Assembly (NCBI GenBank): GCA_043228905.1
Contig: JBHGNT010000004.1
Location: 23,560,001 to 23,624,000 of the forward strand
Direction: 5' to 3'
Length of the DNA stretch: 64,000 bases
DNA from: Azolla caroliniana
Taxonomy: Eukaryota > Plantae > Polypodiophyta
Shown: in pieces, positions 58,035 to 64,000 of the stretch
How positions within the stretch are numbered: position 1 is the stretch's first letter
How the letters are laid out: each line of letters opens with the position of its first letter
Notes under the pieces: generated by a model
Told to the model about the DNA's origin: nothing
Seen by the model: the letters and a program-made list of their open reading frames with translations, nothing else
Databases searched by the model: none
Translations under genes and position numbers: made by a program

Positions 58035-58681
58035 TGTTGAACAACAGTGCTCGGCCACAACCGAGGAATAGGATCGATTCACAGAAAACGGGAAATACAC
58101 GAAATGCACGAAGACAATAGAGAGAAGAGTACACAGGATGTTTTACGTGGAAAACCCTAAATGGGAAAAAACCACGGGAGTCCTCAAACTCCAACTATCA
58201 CTATACACAGAGATGTACAATGGTGAAGCTACAAGGCAACAACCTTGAGCTCACTGTTTTCGCCACAGGCGGCGGTATTACACAGAGGCGTCGACCTCTT
58301 CCTTCCTCTCTCTCTCTCTCTCTCTCTCTCGGCTGCTCTCACTTTGCTCTCTCTCGGCTGAAAACATAAAAATGAGCAACAACAAAAAACTGTTTGCCCT
58401 AAGTCATATTTATACACATATGACTTTCGGGCTATTTACAAATATAGCCTCAAGGGCCCTTGGCAAACATATTCACAAATATGTCCCCGCATCTGGATCT
58501 CTCTCCGGGTACATACGTCATCCGGTTCCGTAACCGGGGTCTTCAGCATCCGGCTCCGTAGCCGGGTACTCTTCATCCGGCTTCATGCCGGGTACTCTTC
58601 ATCATCCGGTTCCGTAACAGCCTTCGGGCTTGCCATCATTCATCTCCGGACATCCCATCCGGAGGGACCGAAATCCCAACA
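58035..58681 (-). repeat. 3' LTR (647 bp)
   Basis: Near-identical to 62797-63439; adjacent PPT (GAAGGGGGAG on minus, ~58684-58693). Confidence 0.97.
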
Positions 58682-58691
58682 AACTCCCCCT

Positions 58692-61600
58692 TCACTTCGG
58701 CATGGGATGTCTCTCCAACCCGATCCTCTTCCGGCATGCTTCCAGCTTGTCGGGTGTGAGCACCTTGGTCAGCATATCCGACCCGTTCTCGTCCGTGTGG
58801 ATCTTCGTCAGCACGAACTCCTTGTCTTCTATCCTTTCCCAGATCCAGTGGTATCTACGCTGGATGTGCTTCGTCCGGGAGTGATAGGCCGCGTTCTTCG
58901 CAAGGTGGATGGCACTCTGACTGTCGCAGTAGAGTCGGTACTCCTCCTGCTGGATACCGAGCTCTCTAATGAAGTCCTTCATCCATATTATTTCCTTGCC
59001 GGCTTCAACAGCCGCCATGTACTCCGCCTCCGTGGTTGACAACGCAACTGTCTTCTGCAGCCTCGACTGCCATGAAACAGCTCCCCCTGCATAGGTCATC
59101 ACATACCCGAATGTAGACTGGCTGGTATCTGCATCAGCCGACATATCCGAATCGGTAAAACCGTCAAGTTCGGGCTTACCGGAGCCGAATCGGAGGCACA
59201 CGTTTGCCGTGCCCTTCAGGTATCGGAGTATCCACTTGACCGCGTTCCAGTGCTCTTTGCCAGGGTTGCTCATGTACCGGCTCACCACTCCGACTGCATA
59301 TCCTATGTCCGGTCTCGTACACACCATGGCGTACATCAAGCTCCCGACGGCTGAGGCATATGGCACTTTCATCATATCCTCCTTTTCAGCCTTTGTCTTG
59401 GGACTTTGCTTGTTGGACAACTTGCAGTTTGCCGGGAGGGTCGATCCGACCGGTCTTGCTTCCGACATGTTGAACCGTTTAAGCACCTTTGTCACGTACT
59501 TCTCCTGTGACAGCCACAACTGCTTCTTTCTCCGGTCCCGGATGATGTGCATCCCTAGTATTTGCCTCGCCGGACCCAGGTCCTTCATTGAGAAGGTTCG
59601 GTGAAGAGCCTTCTTCAGCATCCATATCTTGACCTGGTCCCGTCCGACGATCAACATGTCGTCCACGTACAGGAGGAGTATTAGAAAGTCTCCTCCTTCG
59701 AACTTCTTCACAAACACGCAGTGGTCGGACTGCGTTTTGCAGTACCCTTCATCGGTCATGAAGGAGTCAAACTTTCGGTACCACTGCCGGGGAGCCTGCT
59801 TCAAACCATAAAGGCTCTTCTTCAACTGGCATACCAAGTGCTCCTTCTCTTTTTTCTCGAATCCTTCCGGTTGCTGCATGTATATCTCTTCTTCGAGGTC
59901 ACCGTGAAGGAATGCCGTCTTCACGTCCATCTGTTCTACCTCGAGATCCATGCTTGCCGCTATGCTCAGCACCGTCCGGATAGAGGTCATCTTCACTACC
60001 GGGGCAAATATCTCGTCGAAGTCGACGCCCTTCTTCTGCTGGAACCCCTTCACCACGATCCTGGCTTTGTATCTCGGGGGGTTTCTGGCATCTCCCGGTT
60101 TCAGCTTGAACACCCACTTGTTACGGAGTGCCCGTTTTCCTTTCGGCAACTCCACAAGTTCATATGTGTGGTTCTCATGCAGGGAATCCATCTCCTCCTG
60201 CATGGCACTTAACCACCTGCGGCTATGGGTGTCATGCTTTGCTTCTTCAAAGCTCTCCGGCTCCCCCTCGTCGGTTAGCAGCACGTGCTCTGGTTCCGGA
60301 AATCTCCGAGGGGCCCTTCTCTCTCTTAGAGGATATCTCCGTTCCGGAGCTTCGGTAACCGGTTCTTCCGATTCTTCTTCATCCGAATCCATTTCGGGAT
60401 CGGGGCCGGTTCCGGTATCATTTTCATCTTCTTCGGCCGGTTCTGTTTCTTCACCGTCTTCGGCCGGATCCTCGAGTGCTAACCGGTCCCTTGCCGGTCG
60501 GGACTGCTCCTCGTAGAGTTGATCCTCACCGGTCGACTTGGAGCTCTTCATCTTCTTCTCCGACTCCCAGTCGGCGAGTGTCTTGTCCTCCATGAAGACT
60601 ATATCTCGACTCCTGAATATCTTCTTGTCGACCGGGTCCCATACTCGGTAGCCGAACTCGTCGTCGCCGTATCCGAGGAATATGCATGGCCGGGTCTTTG
60701 GATCTAACTTTCCTCTCCGGTCCTTTGCCACATGCACGTATGCGAGACACCCGAACACCTTCAGATGCCGGTAGGACACTTCCTTACCGGTCCACACTTT
60801 CTGCGGCGTGTCTCCGTCCAAAGGTACTGAGGGTGATCTATTTATCACATACGTCGCCGTCGACATTGCCTCAGCCCAAAATCCCTTGGGTAATTTCGCA
60901 TGTGCTAGCATACTCCGGACCCTCTCCATTATGGTCCGGTTCATCCTCTCGGCCAGCCCGTTCAGTTCCGGCGTCTTCGGCACAGTAAACTCGAGCTGGA
61001 TTCCCTTCGAGCGACAGTACTCCGTGAACTGCCCCCGGTATTCCCCTCCGTTATCCGCTCGTATCGCTTTCAGCTTCTTGCCGGATTCCCTTTCCACTCT
61101 CGCGTGGAGTTCTTTGAAGACGGACAATACTTGGTCCTTTGTCTTCAACGGTGCCGTCCACAGCTTCCGGCTATGGTCATCTATGAATGTTACGAAGTAT
61201 TGGGCTCCGCCATGTGACTTCGTTTCTACCTGACACACATCAGTGTGCACCAACTCCAATGGTACACTACGTCTCGTCGGTGGCCTTGAGTGGAAGGAGG
61301 TTCGGTTCTGCTTACCGGCCAGGCAATCGGTGCACTTCTCCAGGTGCACATGCTTCACTGGAATAAGGTTGTCTTCTGCAAGCCTCTTCATCCCCTTCTC
61401 ACTCATGTGACACAGTCTCTTGTGCCACAGCTCACCGGCAGTATCGGCTGCCACGTTCAGCTCCTCCGGACATAGCCGGGAATTCATCAGGTACAGTGTG
61501 TTGACCTTCCGGGCCCGAGCCACAATCAGGCTCCCTTTGCTGAACTTCATGACACCGTTCCGGATGCTGCCCGTGTAGCCTTCATCGTCTAGCCTCCCGG

Positions 61601-62765
61601 CCGAAATCAGGTTCAATCGGACCTCCGGAACGTGTCGAACATCCTTCAGCAGCATCTTGCATCCGGTTGATGTCATCAGCCACACGTCTCCTATGCCGGC
61701 AATCCGGCATGTACCTTCATTTCCCATCCGGACACAACCGTGCTCACCGGCTGTGTAGGATGAGAAGTATTTCTTCTCCGGGGTCAGGTGGAACGACGCT
61801 CCGGAATCGACCACCCAAGTCATCTCTTCACCGGCAAGGTTCAGCTCCCTCTCTTCGGTAATGAGCATTATCTCTTCTTCACTTGCCGCGAGTGCCGTCG
61901 TTCCTTTCCGGTCCTGCCCTCGCCGATCCGGACCTCTCCGGTCCGTGGCTCCCCGGTATGCACCGTTTATCTCCGGTGACTTCTTCGAATCGGTGTCGTC
62001 GGCTCCGTTGTCCTTTCGGTAATGCCGACAATTCTTCCGGAAGTGCCCCGGCTTCCCACAGTGGAAGCATGTGGGCCTTCCTCTTGACTGCGACCGGGTC
62101 CCCGACTTCTCCCGTCTTTGCGGACTCCGGTTCCATTGTCTTCCCCGATCCGATTCGGTAAGCAGCATCTTCGGATCGGAAACCGATTCTTTATCTCTCC
62201 GACGCGCTTCTTCGTTCAAAATGCTTGTCTTTACCGTTTGTAGCGACAAGTTATCTTCGGTGCAGGAGGTGCTGAGAGTCACCACCAAGTTCTCCCAGCT
62301 TTCCGGCAATGTACACATCAGAATGATGGCTTGCATTGCATCCTCCAACGGGAACTTGATCGCCGCAAGCTGGTTCACGAATCCCATGAACGTGCTCACG
62401 TGTTCCACCATATTCTCGCCGTCCCGGTACTTGAGGTTCACTATCTTCCTCATCAGGGAGGTCCGGTTCAACGCATTCTTCCTCTCGTAGAGGCCCAACA
62501 GCTTCTTCCACATCTCATATGCGTTGGTGTCGTTCGCCACATGTTGCAGAACACTTACATCTACATATTGCCGGATCGTCGCTACGGCTTTCCGGTTCAG
62601 GAGCTTCCACTCCGACTCTATTACCCCCTTGGGTATCTCGGCATTGTCGATCGGTTCATACAGATCTCGGACGATGAGAAGGTCTTCCATCTTTATCTTC
62701 CAGTCGGCGTAGTTCTGTGAGTTCAACACCATCATGCCCGGAGGCCCACTACCGCCGCCTTCCAT
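58692..62765 (-). CDS. Copia Gag-Pol polyprotein, 1357 aa from MEGGGSGPPG
   Basis: Zinc knuckle CFHCGKPGHFRKNC, protease WVVDSGAS, GAG-pre-integrase LWHKRLCH, integrase HTD...ADNGGEY...AERMNRT, RT LLYVDDML, RNase H FTDSD...HIQRRYHWI. First ATG lies downstream of the PBS. Confidence 0.97.
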   Translation of the reverse strand: MEGGGSGPPGMMVLNSQNYADWKIKMEDLLIVRDLYEPIDNAEIPKGVIESEWKLLNRKAVATIRQYVDVSVLQHVANDTNAYEMWKKLLGLYERKNALNRTSLMRKIVNLKYRDGENMVEHVSTFMGFVNQLAAIKFPLEDAMQAIILMCTLPESWENLVVTLSTSCTEDNLSLQTVKTSILNEEARRRDKESVSDPKMLLTESDRGRQWNRSPQRREKSGTRSQSRGRPTCFHCGKPGHFRKNCRHYRKDNGADDTDSKKSPEINGAYRGATDRRGPDRRGQDRKGTTALAASEEEIMLITEERELNLAGEEMTWVVDSGASFHLTPEKKYFSSYTAGEHGCVRMGNEGTCRIAGIGDVWLMTSTGCKMLLKDVRHVPEVRLNLISAGRLDDEGYTGSIRNGVMKFSKGSLIVARARKVNTLYLMNSRLCPEELNVAADTAGELWHKRLCHMSEKGMKRLAEDNLIPVKHVHLEKCTDCLAGKQNRTSFHSRPPTRRSVPLELVHTDVCQVETKSHGGAQYFVTFIDDHSRKLWTAPLKTKDQVLSVFKELHARVERESGKKLKAIRADNGGEYRGQFTEYCRSKGIQLEFTVPKTPELNGLAERMNRTIMERVRSMLAHAKLPKGFWAEAMSTATYVINRSPSVPLDGDTPQKVWTGKEVSYRHLKVFGCLAYVHVAKDRRGKLDPKTRPCIFLGYGDDEFGYRVWDPVDKKIFRSRDIVFMEDKTLADWESEKKMKSSKSTGEDQLYEEQSRPARDRLALEDPAEDGEETEPAEEDENDTGTGPDPEMDSDEEESEEPVTEAPERRYPLRERRAPRRFPEPEHVLLTDEGEPESFEEAKHDTHSRRWLSAMQEEMDSLHENHTYELVELPKGKRALRNKWVFKLKPGDARNPPRYKARIVVKGFQQKKGVDFDEIFAPVVKMTSIRTVLSIAASMDLEVEQMDVKTAFLHGDLEEEIYMQQPEGFEKKEKEHLVCQLKKSLYGLKQAPRQWYRKFDSFMTDEGYCKTQSDHCVFVKKFEGGDFLILLLYVDDMLIVGRDQVKIWMLKKALHRTFSMKDLGPARQILGMHIIRDRRKKQLWLSQEKYVTKVLKRFNMSEARPVGSTLPANCKLSNKQSPKTKAEKEDMMKVPYASAVGSLMYAMVCTRPDIGYAVGVVSRYMSNPGKEHWNAVKWILRYLKGTANVCLRFGSGKPELDGFTDSDMSADADTSQSTFGYVMTYAGGAVSWQSRLQKTVALSTTEAEYMAAVEAGKEIIWMKDFIRELGIQQEEYRLYCDSQSAIHLAKNAAYHSRTKHIQRRYHWIWERIEDKEFVLTKIHTDENGSDMLTKVLTPDKLEACRKRIGLERHPMPK

Positions 62766-62781
62766 TTTCTGTGTTACCGTC

Positions 62782-62793
62782 GCTCTGATACCA
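62782..62793 (-). other. Primer-binding site, tRNA-iMet
   Basis: TGGTATCAGAGC, 3 nt inside the 5' LTR. Confidence 0.95.
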
Positions 62794-62796
62794 CTT

Positions 62797-63439
62797 TGTT
62801 GAACAACAGTGCTCGGCCACAACCGAGGAATAGGATCGATTCACAGAAAACGGGAAATACACGAAATGCACGAAGACAATAGAGAGAAGAGTACACAGGA
62901 TGTTTTACGTGGAAAACCCTAAATGGGAAAAAACCACGAGAGTCCTCAAACTCCAACTATCACTATACACAGAGATGTACAATGGTGAAGCTACAAGGCA
63001 ACAACCTTGAGCTCACTGTTTTCGCCACAGGCGGCGGTATTACACAGAGGCGTCGACCTCTTCCTTCCTCTCTCTCTCTCTCTCTCTCGGCTGCTCTCAC
63101 TTTGCTCTCTCTCGGCTGAAAACATAAAAATGAGCAACAACAAAAAACTGTTTGCCCTAAGTCATATTTATACACATATGACTTTCGGGCTATTTACAAA
63201 TATAGCCTCAAGGGCCCTTGGCAAACATATTCACAAATATGTCCCCGCATCTGGATCTCTCTCCGGGTACATACGTCATCCGGTTCCGTAACCGGGGTCT
63301 TCAGCATCCGGCTCCGTAGCCGGGTACTCTTCATCCGGCTTCATGCCGGGTACTCTTCATCATCCGGTTCCGTAACAGCCTTCGGGCTTGCCGTCATTCA
63401 TCTCCGGACATCCCATCCGGAGGGACCGAAATCCCAACA
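62797..63439 (-). repeat. 5' LTR (643 bp)
   Basis: TG...CA ends, followed by TSD AGAAT. Confidence 0.97.
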
Positions 63440-64000
63440 AGAATGCATTGTTTTCTATAGTCTCTTTGAAAAATAGCATAAAAGTGCTAAAAAATAAACA
63501 ACTCATACTAGATACATGCAACCAATAACGTGACTGACTTAATGCACACAATAAAATGTACCGAGGACTTTACTTTCTAGGTTTTAATGTACCTTGGTGC
63601 TTTTACAACATAACCAATAGAGTATATATATATATCCATAAAAAATATCATCCATTGGTATTAAAATAGTCCACTATTACAATGAATATGTGAATGTGGT
63701 TATATCACATTTTAGAAGTGATTTCATATGTCCCCAATCTTAACTTCTTCAAGCACCTTTCTTGCTCTTAAAAGTGCACCACATTTGGCATACATATGAA
63801 TCAATTCATTATGAAGTAGAATCTCTTTATCAAACAACTCTTCTTTATGAAGTTGAGCATGTATAAATTTGCCCTTCTCGACCTCCCCTAGATTTCCTCA
63901 ACTCTTTAAGATGCAAAAGTAATTGACCATATTTGGCAATTTTCTCTAACGTTGTAATGATCCAAAATGATTCAATGCTTCTTCATCTTGCCCATACTGA

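Larger units (their letters stand above)
58035..63439 (-). mobile_element. Intact, recently inserted Ty1/copia LTR retrotransposon (Tnt1-like), 5405 bp
   Basis: TG...CA LTRs 58035-58681 (3') and 62797-63439 (5') differ by 2 substitutions and 4 bp of a (CT)n run; perfect 5-bp TSD AGAAT (58030-58034 / 63440-63444); PBS, PPT and an uninterrupted polyprotein ORF. Confidence 0.98.

Noticed and set aside
58630-62720. Many small ORFs overlapping the copia polyprotein
   Set aside because: Shadows of a GC-rich coding region.

Overview
Land-plant nuclear genomic DNA: GT-AG introns, plant LTR/LINE elements and a miR529 hairpin. A fern-like, non-seed plant is plausible but is only an inference. Three protein-coding genes can be spliced by hand: the 5' part of 26S proteasome AAA-ATPase RPT2 (minus, runs off the left edge), a two-exon FCS-like zinc finger (FLZ) gene (plus), and a complete 10-exon TRM82/WDR4 gene (minus) whose 8.65-kb intron 5 is packed with nested TE debris. 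A very young, intact Ty1/copia element (58035-63439; near-identical LTRs, AGAAT TSD, tRNA-iMet PBS, PPT) sits at the right end. Features missed by the ORF track: a MIR529 precursor on the minus strand with a ~300-nt loop carrying telomeric repeats, an orphan two-exon fragment of a phytepsin-type aspartic protease among TEs, and an intronic copia LTR with a perfect heat-shock element. The rest is decayed copia, gypsy and LINE sequence, solo LTRs, a MITE, local tandem duplications and microsatellites. All calls come from reading the sequence; no database searches were run.
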